From: Octopus sinensis
Taxonomy: Eukaryota
Direction of reading: 5' to 3'
Assembly (NCBI RefSeq): GCF_006345805.1
Contig: NC_042998.1
Span: 160,952,001-161,016,000 of the forward strand
Length of the DNA stretch: 64,000 nt
Shown: piece by piece, positions 29,260 to 41,940 of the stretch
How the letters are laid out: every line of letters begins with the position of its first letter
Numbering within the stretch: position 1 is the first letter of the stretch
Program-made: the position numbers and the translations under genes
The notes under the pieces: model-generated
Database searches by the model: none
Told to the model about the DNA's origin: nothing
What the model saw: only the letters and a program-made list of their open reading frames with translations

Positions 29260-29670
29260 ATCATCATTATCATCATCGTTTAACGTCCGCTTTCCATGCT
29301 AGCATGGGTTGGACGGTTCAACTGGGGTCTGGGAAGCCCAAAGGCTGCACCAGGCCAGTCAGATCTGGCAGTGTTTCTACAGCTGGATGCCCTTCCTAAC
29401 GCCAACCACTCTGTGAGTGTAGTGGGTGCTTTTTATGTGCCACGGACACAGGTGCCAGACGAGGCTGGGGAACGGCCACGCTCGGATGGTGTTTTTTACA
29501 TGCCACCGGCACGGAGGCCAGGCGAGGCTGGCACGGCCACGATCGAATGGTGTTTGTTACGTGCCACCAGCACGGAGGCCAGTCGATGCGGTACTGGCTA
29601 CGGCCACGTTCGGATGGTTTTCTTATGTGCCACCGGCACTGGTACCACAAAACTACAAATTCCATTGATG
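29260..29670 (-). mobile_element. Young retroposon (family B) with a (GAT)n tail and an internal GC-rich minisatellite
   Basis: The minus strand ends CCGTCCAACCCATGCTAGCATGGAAAGCGGACGTTAAAC(GAT)n. The same tail occurs at 7970-8027 and 35850-35900. Internal units start at 29425, 29488, 29549 and 29616 (61-67 bp). Confidence 0.8.
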
Positions 29671-29675
29671 TTCAT

Positions 29676-29711
<36 letters not shown>

Positions 29712-29724
29712 GCACATACATAAC

Positions 29725-30125
29725 GAAAATAAGACAAGGTAGAAAATGCTAAAGTAATTTTATCATGAAGTTCATTTAGGTACTGGTTTCTTTCTTTTAG
29801 ACTTTTTCAACTAAGAGTAAAATAAGAAAAACAAATTGGAGAAAAGAAATTCAGTGAAATGTTTCGTAAATATTTTCATAGTCTTCAAATAAGTAAATAT
29901 TTCCATAGACTTCAAACAGTCTGTCTCTCTCTTCCTTTGTGAATGCTTGGTAGGTAGGTAGTAGTAAATCTGAAGGATTCCTTCAGATTTACTACAAACT
30001 ACCTACCTAACATTCACAAAGGAAGAGAGACACACACACACACACACACACAGACTATTTGAAGACTGAAAATATTTATAAACATTTCACTTTTATTTTA
30101 GCATTTTCTACCTTGTCTTATTTTC
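29725..30125. repeat. ~400-bp fold-back palindrome
   Basis: Perfect 17-bp arms (29961-29977 / 29979-29995) around a single T at 29978, perfect 29-bp outer arms (29725-29753 / 30097-30125), and intermediate blocks that also pair. Confidence 0.92.
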
Positions 30126-30172
30126 CCTTTTACATATCGACTCGTGTGTTACTTTTCTACCTTCTATATATA

Positions 30173-31290
30173 TCAGGTTGAGTAAAAAGTAAGAAAGGTT
30201 TTGAATAACGAAGAATTTTTACTGGATTTTTGCAGTTTTGAAGTTTTTTGCTATTGACTTGTCCAAATGCATCAATAAATTAACATTGTTACAATCATCT
30301 GAAATGGAACTGTCAAAGCACAATATTTGAGCAATTTTGCTATTTAATTTCAAAAAAGGGCATAAAGCAGCTGAAACTGCTTGCGATATCAATGAAATGT
30401 TTAGTGTGGAAATGACCAGTGAGTGGTCAGCTCGAAAATGGTTTAAACAATTTCGCAGTGGAAACTTGTGCCTTGAAGATCATGAGTGTAGTGGACGCAC
30501 AGCTGTCATTGATGATGGTCAATTAAAGACTGTCATTGAGAAAGATCCACATAAAACCACTTGAGAAGTGTCAAAAGAACTTCAAGTTAGCCAGAAATCT
30601 GCCTGCAATCATTTGCAGGGGATCAGAAAATCAAAAAGGCTCGACAAATGGGTATCACACAATTTGAATGAAAATCAGAAAATGTGCAGATATGAAATTT
30701 GCTTGTCGCTTCTTTTCTGTAAACAGACTGATCCATTTCTTGACTGTATTGTAACTTGCAATAAAAAGTGGATTCTGTACAATAATAAAAAACGTTCTTT
30801 GCAGTGGCTGGACCAAAATGAAGCACCGAAAACCTTCTCTAAACCTGAGCTCATCAAAAAGAAGGTTATGGTGACTGTTTGGTGGTGTATTGCTGGACTC
30901 ATCCACTGTAACTTCTTAAAACCCAGAACAACCATTATAGGAGAAACATATTGCCAAAATGAATGAAAAACTGCTACTCCTCTGTCACAGACTGGTTAAC
31001 AGGAGAGAGTCAATCATTCTTCATGATAATGCTCAACTACACGTTTCACTAATGATGTTTCAGAAGTTGAGGGAATTTGGCTATGAAGTTCTTCTCTACC
31101 TAGCTTATTCCCCAGACCTTTCTCCTACCAACTACCACTTTTTCAAGCACCTTGATGGTTTTCTGTGAGTTCAAAAATCTAACTGATGCTGAAAGTGCAT
31201 TCAAAGAGTTCATTAGCTCCAGAAGTCCAGATTTTTATGTTACCAGAATAAAAAAAATGGTGACTCATTGATTTAATGAAATTCTCAACC
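30173..31290 (+). mobile_element. Degenerate Tc1/mariner DNA transposon (Hsmar1/cecropia-like)
   Basis: The 5' end TA|TCAGGTTGAGTAAAAAGTAA resembles the Hsmar1-type TIR TTAGGTTGGTGCAAAAGTAA and is followed by a transposase. The 3' end is truncated, with only CTCAACC (31284-31290) as a possible right-TIR remnant. Confidence 0.9.
30304..31270 (+). pseudogene. Mariner transposase pseudogene (DD34D class)
   Basis: ATG at 30304. Motifs: WFKQFRSGNL, SGR, WVSHNL (=WVPHEL), IVTCNKKWILYNN (=IVTCDEKWILYDN), KKVMVTVWW, ILHDNA, YSPDLSPTNYHFFKHLD (=YSPDLxPTDY). In-frame TGA at 30328 and 30562, frameshifts near 30960 and 31165, and the first and third catalytic Asp changed to Asn. Confidence 0.93.
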
Positions 31291-31644
31291 ATATAATTGT
31301 TGTGGAGAAATTACATTTGAAAAGACCAGTTCATAAGTGATGAGACAAAGTAGCAAATTTTGTACTAAGTTGGTATAATTTAATATGATTATTGGTGTTT
31401 TAATTTGTAGTTTATAAAAAATACAAATGTAACAAGAATGAGAAATTTAGAAACAATAGCAAAAATACATTGGTTGCTAAATTTCAAATAAGTATTGTAC
31501 CATGAGTTAAAAAATACACATGAACACATACATATGTACATACAGATAATATATACTACATATGTATATTTGAAATAAGTACCATATCACAGGTTAACGT
31601 ACATATAAATTCTCTCTGTCTCCATCTCCCTGTCTGTCTATCTG

Positions 31645-31668
31645 CCTCTCTCTCTCTCTCTCTCATTG

Positions 31669-31707
<39 letters not shown>

Positions 31708-32005
31708 AGTCATATATAATATTGAAAAGCAAATGGAAACTTGCTATAGGGTGAGTGGACAGCAGAACAAATCTTCAAAGGAAGAACTCTGTCAAGCAAG
31801 TGTTTCAGCCCATTGGTTCCTGACACTAGAAGGGAGCCAGGCCTACCTAAGTCTCCTAGTGTTGGTATTAGAATGTCACCTTTAGTGGACTTGGAGCCTT
31901 TGGGTGAGCTTATTTCCCTGAACTGTGGTGTATGCATATGTTACATAGAGTATGCATATGTAAAGATATAATAAAAATGTCACAAACGTTCATATATATA
32001 TACAT

Positions 32006-32038
<33 letters not shown>

Positions 32039-32608
32039 CATATATGTTGTGTATACATACATAATTTATTACATATAACTATATATATATATAGTTATAT
32101 GTGTATATTAATACATATAATATAATATATATATATATATTGGGTTTTATTACAAATGGATATTTTGAATATTAATCACATATACACACACACACGCACA
32201 GACACAGTAGCAGATTGTTACTTAGCACTATTTCCTCTAAAAGTGAGTACTGAAAACAGTTCATTTTAGAGTAGAATTGCTATGTTCAATGCATCACTGT
32301 GGCACATGTGCATGTGTGCATGTATGTGCTAGATAATATTTCCCCATGACCAACATGAAGATTTGTATGACAATGTTACACATTTACAACCTCACGAATT
32401 TAAGACTAAAACTAGGAAATACAACCACAACAGCACATATGCACACACACACACACATACACACACATACACACACACACACACAGGTTCCACCCAGCAG
32501 ATCTACTGACAAGGGTTGTGTTGGTCTGGGGCTATAGTAGAAAACTCTTGCCTTAAGTGTCACACATTGAGAATGAACCTCAAAAAGTTTGATTTAGAAG
32601 TCATGCAT

Positions 32609-32649
<41 letters not shown>

Positions 32650-33485
32650 ACACACACTTACATATATGTGTGTGTGTATAAAGAAAAATACTTATGTATA
32701 TACATATATATAAGTGTATTTATATATGTGTGTCTGTATGTGTGTGTATCTTACTTTTTTATCCTTTTGTTTCAGTCATCAGACTGGGCTTTAATAAGTA
32801 TACACACACACGCATTTATATATATATATATATATATACACATAAAGTATAAAAAATAAAGCATATATGTTACTCAATTGAAAGATATTGAATGACCCTT
32901 CAAATTAATATTTAACTTTTTGGATGAAGCACACCAAAGCAAACAATGTCTGTATGCATTTAAGTTCATATATAGATATATACACATGTTTAGCCACTCA
33001 GAAAAAAATTCTGAAAGTATAAATACTAAATGTGTGTGTGTGTATGCAGAAATATACATATATATATATACATAAAAATATATAATTACATATGTGTGTA
33101 AATTATAAGGAAGTTACATTCTTCAGCTTTTGTAGTTTAAAAGTGAAAAAAAAAAATGATTTTGTTTAATTTTTTTGGTGGGGTGGGGAGTAGAAAAAAT
33201 TTGAAAAATTGGTAACAATTATATTGGTTGTTAAAAGTAACATCATTGCTTTTTAATAATAGTTTTTAATACATAGTGATCAAGATAAAGGGGAATAATA
33301 ATAATAATAATAATAACAACAATAACAACAACAATAACAGGCTAATGGGGTAAATTACAAAAAAGAATGGTTTAGTAAATATTAACGACTCCTTAAGAAA
33401 TCCAAGTATTTGTTTTCTTAGGATAAAATTTCAAAATGTAAATACAAAAATGTTTATATACATATACATACACACATACACACAA

Positions 33486-33535
<50 letters not shown>
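31645..33535. repeat. Cluster of (CT)n, (CA)n, (TA)n and (AAT)n/(AAC)n microsatellites with short unique spacers
   Basis: Runs at ~31645-31705, 31992-32140, 32440-32485, 32608-32750, 33293-33338 and 33455-33535. Confidence 0.85.
32487..32600 (-). mobile_element. Partial SINE family A head
   Basis: GGTCTGGGGCTATAGTAGAAAACTCTTGCC corresponds to family A GGCTATAGTAGAAGACACTTGCC. Confidence 0.55.
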
Positions 33536-33537
<2 letters not shown>

Positions 33538-35279
33538 GTAAAAGTACAAATTGTTTGAAGTTATTTTTTCTAGAGAAATATTGTTACAAGAATTAATGGT
33601 TAAAACAATATACTAGCTACAAAAAAAAATCCAAAATAAAAAAACACTATTTCAATTCATGAAATTCCCATTAAAAAAAAACCCACACATACATTCATGT
33701 AGATGTGCATACATGCACATACACACTGCATAGCTGCTTTTTCAAGGTAGGTAAGGTTGGCTAATAACAACAAAAACAAGTTTATTTGTGTATACATTGT
33801 TGGATTGAATATTATTCCTGTTTATTGTTTTACCTAAAGCCAGACTGCTAAACAGTGACGGTGAAGGGCAATTAGTGGTATCTATATTTCAGGTTTGCTG
33901 AAGGGTAAAATACTATGAAATAAAATGCTATATCAAAAGTAGCATTTGAAGATATGTATATGTATATCCCACCACCCATATATATATAGACACACACACA
34001 TATACATATATTATATACATACTCATACGTATATACACATATATGTATACATATAAATATACACTCAACACATGCACACATATTTATATCTTAATAAAGA
34101 TGCTGAATGCTCTAGATCATATATAAAGGTAATTTCTCTTAAAAAAAAAAGAAACCAACTTATTTTAATCCCAAACAACCTATCAATTCTAGATAAACTT
34201 GATATAAAGTTTTATATTTTAATGTATTATATATGCAAACTTTTGGACTAGTTTGGATGAACTTACGTTTTCGCCTATGGTACTCAGTTGATCCTGAAAT
34301 AAAGAAATATTGAATGTAGAAACGATAAAATATCAACAGTATAAAATGCAATTCTTATACAAATTTTTAGTCCTGACAAATTTACATAGAGAAAAGTAAG
34401 TGGTAATTTATATGTTGAAGTAGGTAGATTATAAGTATTTTAAACATTATTAATTATAGCTTTCATGCCAAATCATAACCATGTACATTAAGTTTATCTA
34501 GAAAATGGCACAATCATGAAATTTTGTTTGTTTTTATTCGTATTTTGTATAAAATTTAGACACAAACTGGAGCATAAGGATGCATATGTGTTTGTGACTA
34601 TGTGTTTGTGTGTGTATATGAGCAAAAATGAAATAAAACTTAGCATATTTTATTTTATATTAATGATAGAATCTATAATTTTCAAATAAAAGAGTAAAAA
34701 AAGATATTAAAAATAGGGTAATATTTCTTTCAAGTTATTTTTCTTAATACCTTGCAATTATGAATAGAATGAATATCAGTCATAGTTTTATATTGACTAA
34801 GTTATTGATTTTATAAAACAAGAAAACTCTATTAAAAACAAAACAAAAAAACTCCTAGAAATATTAAAATTAAAAAGGAAGAATATAACAAAAAAATGAA
34901 AAAATAGAATTAATTTGTAAAACCTCAATAGAAAGAAATGCTAACAAATATTGTATCTGGTTTAGAGTTCCAAATAAATGCTGAAGAAAACAAAGAGCCA
35001 AGAATGACCTCATCAAAGTTCAGTGTCAACACTAAATGGAGTGGAGATTATGCAAAAGAGGGCTGAGACACTTTCACACTAAAGAAAATCACCCCAAGTC
35101 GTTTCTTGATATTTAGCAAGAGACAAAAGAGTAAAAAAAGAAAAAGGTAATAAAAAAGATGAAATTTAATTGATTGAGGAATGTAAATATTTACTGAAAT
35201 GTGCAGCAAAAATATTCTCAACCTGAGTTTTGTATAAAATTCTAAAGAGTAATAAGAGTACAGTCTTAATTTCATGTAT

Positions 35280-35902
35280 GAAGGGAATTGTTTCTGCTGC
35301 TCTTCACCCACATACATTACCCTACCCTCCATTATCCATTATTGGCTACATCAACTCCTCACCCCTATCCAATCTCTACAGTTGTCACCTACTCTTCCCT
35401 ACCTTGCCAATTTATCATCTTTGAACACTTGTTCTTCATTCATTATATTCAATACTTCACCCATTACCCATGTCTTACTCTTGCAACCTCTACATACCCA
35501 TTTCCACCTTATACTTTGAGGGTGTATTCAGTCACCACAACACCACTATTTATATATTTTCCAAACAGCTCCTCTCTTCTAAAATTGTGTAGCCATGTAA
35601 CTCCTCTATTTCAAGAAACATGTTTTGTTCTGGCCTCTTCTCTCATACTTTAGCCCATACCATTTTCTGGCATAAAACTGCCTAGTCTTGCAAGTTGCAT
35701 GGCACTCTCACTAGTGCTGGTGGTATAAAAAAAGCAGCCATTGCACATGGTAAAGTGGTTGACATTTTGAAAGGCATCCAGTTACAGAATCCATGTCAAA
35801 GCAGACACTGGAGCATAAGGCAGTCCTTAGATCCATCAGATCCTGCCAAGCCATCCAACTCATGCCAGCATGGAAAATAGATGTTAGCTGATGATGATGT
35901 TG
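35280..35902 (+). mobile_element. Older family B retroposon 3' end with a longer C/T-rich upstream body
   Basis: The tail AAGGCATCCAGTTACAGAATCC...CCATCCAACTCATGCCAGCATGGAAAATAGATGTTAGCT(GAT)n is clear. Including the pyrimidine-rich 35280-35680 segment is inferred from composition and adjacency. Confidence 0.6.
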
Positions 35903-36446
35903 ATATAAGCTGGGTGTACTTGTGGAAATTCAATGGTTTTTCGTAACTATGAAATATATAATTCCTTAACTTCTTTTGAAATTGCATTTCTTTAATGAAG
36001 CATTTGATTATTGAAGTGGTCAGATACAGTTTCAAAAAAGAACGTTTTTGAAAACTATATTCTTTATAATACTTGTCATCACTTCTGCTTTGAGAGTTGT
36101 TATTCATTATTTTCATCTACACCAAAAAGTGGATGTGATCTAGAAGGAGATAAATGCAAAATGTCCACAACAAAATAACAGTTCACTTCCCTTTGCCTTT
36201 CTAGTGTTAGTATGTTACCAAAATTATTGGGGAATGTACTGGAAGAACAATGTACATAACAAATGTTTTGAATAACCCTAATGAATGAAACAGAAGTCAT
36301 TATCTATGTAAAATATTATTCTGCTATGATAAAACTGATTATGTTCGTATAAATGAATGTTAATATGCTGTACTACATCCTTATTTTCAGAACTAAGAAA
36401 ATTTTCAAATAAATTAAGCAACATAGCCACCTCATCAAGCTGTGGA

Positions 36447-36481
<35 letters not shown>

Positions 36482-39400
36482 ACACACATATATATATATA
36501 TATATACATGCATATACACACAAACATATATAGATATATGAATTTATGTATATACATATATTGAGTCCACAATGCAGTAAGGTAACTACTTTCATTAACA
36601 ATCTGTTACACATATGTATGTATTATTCATAAGACAAGTGACTGATAAATGCATGAATGTTCTAGCTTCCATTCATTCACCTTAACTCTACAACTCTTAG
36701 GCTTTAGGAATTACACATAAGAACTTATCATTTTGCCTGAAACAATCATATAAGAATCCACACCTTTTCCTTTTTTTGTTTAGGTTCAATATTTAAAAAA
36801 GATCCCTTTTTGAAGAAGTACATTAAACTTTAATCACTGAAAACATTTAGTAGATTTAAAGAAAAACAAAATATTCAATAAAAAGTACAGATTTTTATTA
36901 TTAGTTCTAAATCATTTTTTAAACAATGACAAATTTTATAGAATTTTCAAATTAGAAACTAATAATTTTGATATTTTATGAGAATATGATAAAATTTACA
37001 CAAGGCATGATTTAAATTCATTTATTCTCCAAAAGCAAATCGTGACAAGTAATTATTTAATAATTTCATTCAAAGTTATAAGGTTATTGTTTTAAATTCA
37101 AGTAACTTTTTCTATTACTGTACTAAATGAATAATAAAAGTGGTATCGAATGATAGAATTAATTGAAAACATGTTCCACTCTTTAAATATATCCACTATG
37201 CTTTTTGTTCCTTTGTATGTAAAGATTATAATTCAAAGTTATAGAATATACATATTAAGACAGTATTTCAAATAAACAGATATTTTAATTTTCAAAAAAT
37301 TTTTTTTCTCAGTATATTTGTCATTGCAGGGAGGATCTCTAAGTAGCATCTTAGATAATAATTTCTTAGGATTGTAGTTTAATTCAAGATAGGTTGATAG
37401 CATTGTACATTTGAGTATTTGGTGGCAGTCCTTGGTACTGATGGAAATCCATTGTACATTACCAAACTAGTTTAAAACTACTAAGTTTATTAATTTATTT
37501 AAGAATTAATCAACTGACCTATTAAGGAGGCTGCATGATTTAGAAGTACTCTAGGTTTTATGTAAGTTTTATATAAAATTAAAATGTTTAGAAACACTGT
37601 TAGGAAAATTTGATACTAAAGTTATCATTGTTGTCATCATCATTTTGATGCTGCACAAATACCTCAGGCAGATATTCATTGATCAATGCTTTCTGTTTCA
37701 AGCTAGAAATCATGCTGGCCTATCAGATTTGTGGGTTATGTGGGTTTTAAATTTTGGAGTGGTACCTTCTCCAGATGTTTCATTTTGTTTAGGCAATCAC
37801 ATGCGTGTGTGTATATATCATTTTATTAAAAATAACAATAAAAGAAGTATTTATTAATAGAAGTGAGCTTGAGTAGTTAATATATGTGAGAAACTTTCTT
37901 TGCTTTGAGAAAGATTTAGTTAAAAATCAAGTAATTGCTTTCGTACTTATAATGTGCTGAAATGAATTAATAAATATACCAAATAAAAAGGGAAATCAAT
38001 TAGGAATGTGTTGACAGAAGTGCAAAAAAAAAAAAAAGAGGAAAAAGTAGAAAAGAAGTTGTAAATATTGGTTACTAAGTTATCTACAAGAAATTCTGAA
38101 ATTGTTAGAATAGCTTGGAAGCAGGTGAATTATTATGTAATTTAATTTGAGTTTAAGATAATGCCCAAAAATTAAGAAAAGTACACCATGAATTGGAGAA
38201 AAAATGATAGAACAATTTAAGATCTCAAAATCTGATTTGAATGATGACTGTTACAAGCATAAATTCGACATAAGTAACTGTCTTTGATAAATATTAAACC
38301 AGGTAATTTTCTTTTGTTTCAAAGAAACTAAAAACAAATGAAAGAAAAAAAAAACAAACAAATCAGAAACAAACGATTTTTAAATAATGACACAGAAGTT
38401 AGAATAGGCAAGACTGATATATTATTGATATGTATTCTATTGTGAATTAAGGAGTTGGGGTTGGGAAAGGACAACTTCTTTTCTGATTAATTCATCTAGT
38501 CCACTTTGTTGCAGTGTTTCATGCCAATACGTTGTTGATAACTTCTCTTGGGTTTGTGTTAAGATAAATACAGCTGGTTCACCCCATTGTATAGATTAAT
38601 GATGGGAGGCTATCCAGCAATAAAAAACTATGCCAAAAACCTCATGAAATACATACAACATAACTAAAACTACCACCAACAGCATTGTTTTTAACAGATA
38701 GATACTTTGTTGGAGCTGCAAATGATAGAGATAAGTCATGTATTAGAGACCTTATACAACTTATGTCAGCACTGAAAATAGAAGTAAAGTTAATGATGTT
38801 TATAATAGCTGAAGAGAGTGAAAATGTATGATGAAAGGCAAAGAAAGTATGGTAAGATTTGATATCAGTATAAGAACATAAGTTTAACACTATAACATTG
38901 TTACTATAGCATAGCTTGTGCCTAAAAAGTTTCATTTCATTTATGTTTAGTATCTTTTAAAATCTAAAATGGATTTGAGAAGTTATTAAATTTATCCTGT
39001 GTTTTTCTACTTACTGTTTATATAAATTACCGATCTCATACAATGTTATCTACTTTGTATTACAGCATCTATCATGGAGATATTGATTTTTTGGTGAAAC
39101 ATATTTTTCATAAAGTGAAGGAGAATAGTTGATTGACTCAACTTCAATGCAATAATTATATTTATTTTATTGACTTTTTGGGTACAAAGCCAGTGAGGTT
39201 AAGGTGGCTGGACTGCCAACCACATCGTCGCATGTTTAAATTTCCCTACATCTACTATATTGTCTACCCACCCCTCACCACACTCAGTTTATCACTAGGA
39301 AGAAGCTCTGCTCCTGTACAGATGAGTGGTGGGAAATGCAGGCAAAGGCATCTAGCTGTAACAATTAATGTAACAAAAGCCTTTCCACAATGCTAGCATG

Positions 39401-41261
39401 AAGAGATAAACTTAAAACAGGGTAATATAAATAAGAGATAAAATACACAGTTGACCCTGGTGAGATTTAAACTCAGGAATGCGATATAGATATCTATATA
39501 CATAAAGTGTGTACATATACACACACATACCTATATATATATATATGTATGTATATATGTATGTATATATGTGTGTGTGTGTGTATATATATATATATGT
39601 ATACACACACACATCTTAGGCTTTCTGTCATCTACAATAATACTACAATTGCTTTTACCTGAAAATTCGGAATATCTTATAAATATTTCTTTAGTAGAAA
39701 GAAAAAGCCAAGTAGCATGTATGTTATGGATTAAGAAAGCTGTTAACAAATAGAGAAATATATTTAGAGGAAGACACTAATATTAACAAGAAGAGAGATT
39801 TGTTGAGAACACTTGTGTTATGAATTACATGACAAATACAAACTTTATATTATTGTTATTCATGTTTGCAATGAAATTCTTTTGACTATAATGGTAATTA
39901 TTGCCTTCGGCAGTTCTTTACTAATGCAAGGAATGTAATATAGCCATATTGTTTTATTTTTCAACAGAAGCTTTCTGTTTTTCTATGAGCTATGACGCAT
40001 GAATTTATCAAAGGTTTTATGATATAATTATTGTATTTTGACTTTGATAGTTCAGAACAACTGCTTTCACTCTTCTCTTTGGTCAGGAAAATACTGCACC
40101 TATTTCCGCAATGTAGAGATTTACTATGCATAATATACTTATATTTCAGGATGAATGAGTTTTAATATGACCCCAAAAAGACCCCAACTAGCTACAGCAA
40201 TGATCTGAAGAAGTAAACATACTCATGAAGAAGCCGGCAATTCTGGATGGTCCTGACTAATATATATCAAGAAGAATGAAATCAAACTTGTCAATAGCTC
40301 TTAAAAATAAAAGCAAGTTTGTAATATGCAGTCAGCATTATATTGTGATACTAACATAGGTGTACAATGCCATTTCATTTACATGCCTGCTTCTCAAGCA
40401 GTCTACTTAAGAGCTATTTGTGGCTTGGTTGTCTACTGCTAAAAGACGTGGATGACCATGTGCTGCCCTGAACAACAAATAGATCTAAAGGAATGTACAT
40501 ACTCCTGCTACTGATGCATGCAGAGCAGTTCACTATTCAATATAACAGAGGATCAATATGTGTTCACAATTGTGGGCTGTATTCAAAGTGAGAATACCAT
40601 TCCTAAGTTAGCTTGAAGTTGAACAAAAGAGGACAACAATGAAGAAGACAAAGTTGTAAAAATGATAAAGAACAAGCTAGCTTAGACTGGTTCCTATGAT
40701 TTCAGTAGTTTTCGTCTGCATACATTTTTGACTTCAACTATATTAGCTCCATATTTCACTTTACACAAGTAATTGAAAGTCCTCTATTTAAATTTAAACA
40801 ACTTAACCATTTCAGTGAACAAAGGCACTCTGAGTAACTAAGCCAGATATTATATTGTAATGTAAGCAAATGGTGCTTTGATCAAAGTCATGGTAAAGAA
40901 AATATTTGATTTTGTACATAATCCCAATACTCTTCAATCAATAATATACCCAGTACTATCAATAAAACATCAACATTCATAAAATAACCTGCCACTCAAC
41001 CATAGCCACAGTTTAGTTACATGTTATCCAAACCCAGAGATGTAATGTTTAACAAATTCATTTAATAAATATCCTTAGCTTTAACTGAACTGCAAAAGGT
41101 AGGTGGGTGGTAAAAAAAAAAAATAAATGGAGAAAATGAAAGACTGTTCAGATTAATACTTTTTTTTATATATTGATCATGTTAATGTTGTTTCCCATAA
41201 AAAAAGAAAAAGAATTAGGAAAAAGCTAATCTACTTTTACAATATTCTAGTTAATTTCCAT

Positions 41262-41302
<41 letters not shown>

Positions 41303-41809
41303 GTGTGTGAATATATGTATAAAATATACATAATATATATGTATGATATTTATATAGTATATATATATTACATATATTATATAATATCTATTATTTATGA
41401 TGTGTATATAATATATATAACAAAGTGCATGTGTGTGTGTGTGCATGTGTATATATGTACACATACACATATACACAATTTAATTCCATTCACTCTTCAT
41501 ATCGATGAGTTGAGTTCTCTTAGCTATCCTGGTTTTGTACATAGCAACAGTGACGTCTTATGAAATTACCCCTGCTACCTCTCTCCTTTGTATATACTTG
41601 ATGAAAGTGGTAATGTTTTGGCCACATACATATGCATATATGTGCACTTTGAATGGTAGCAGGCTGCTGTTTCATGGGTCATGAGCTCAAAATCTTACTA
41701 TCGACATTTTGCTGTAGCTCTAGGCAAAACATGGTAAATTCTACATGCCTTAGTTTTCCTCACTAGAGAATTAGATTAATGTGGTGAATTGCCAGAATCA
41801 CTGGACCAT

Positions 41810-41940
41810 TGAAAAAAAATGCCCTGTGATGTCTGTTCCAGGTCTTTGCACTCTGAGCTCAAATCCCACCAAATCAACTTTGTCTTTTATTCACTTCAGG
41901 TCGATATACAAAGTACTAGTTGAGTACTAGAGCTGATAAT
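41810..41940 (+). mobile_element. Old SINE, family D
   Basis: TCTGAGCTCAAATCCCACCAAATCAACTTTGTCTTTTATTC..GGTCGATATACAAAGTACTAGTTGAGTACTAG. Confidence 0.6.

Noticed and set aside
29425-29645. CRISPR-like repeat-spacer array
   Set aside because: The whole units are homologous with no unique spacers, they lie inside a eukaryotic retroposon, and there are no cas genes.
29296-29742. 148-aa GC-rich ORF (and overlapping ORFs)
   Set aside because: It lies within the retroposon minisatellite and runs into a TA tract. I recognised no protein motif.
30304-31270. Active or domesticated (SETMAR-like) transposase
   Set aside because: It has two in-frame stops, two frameshifts, mutated catalytic Asp residues and a truncated 3' end, and it is antisense to the host gene.
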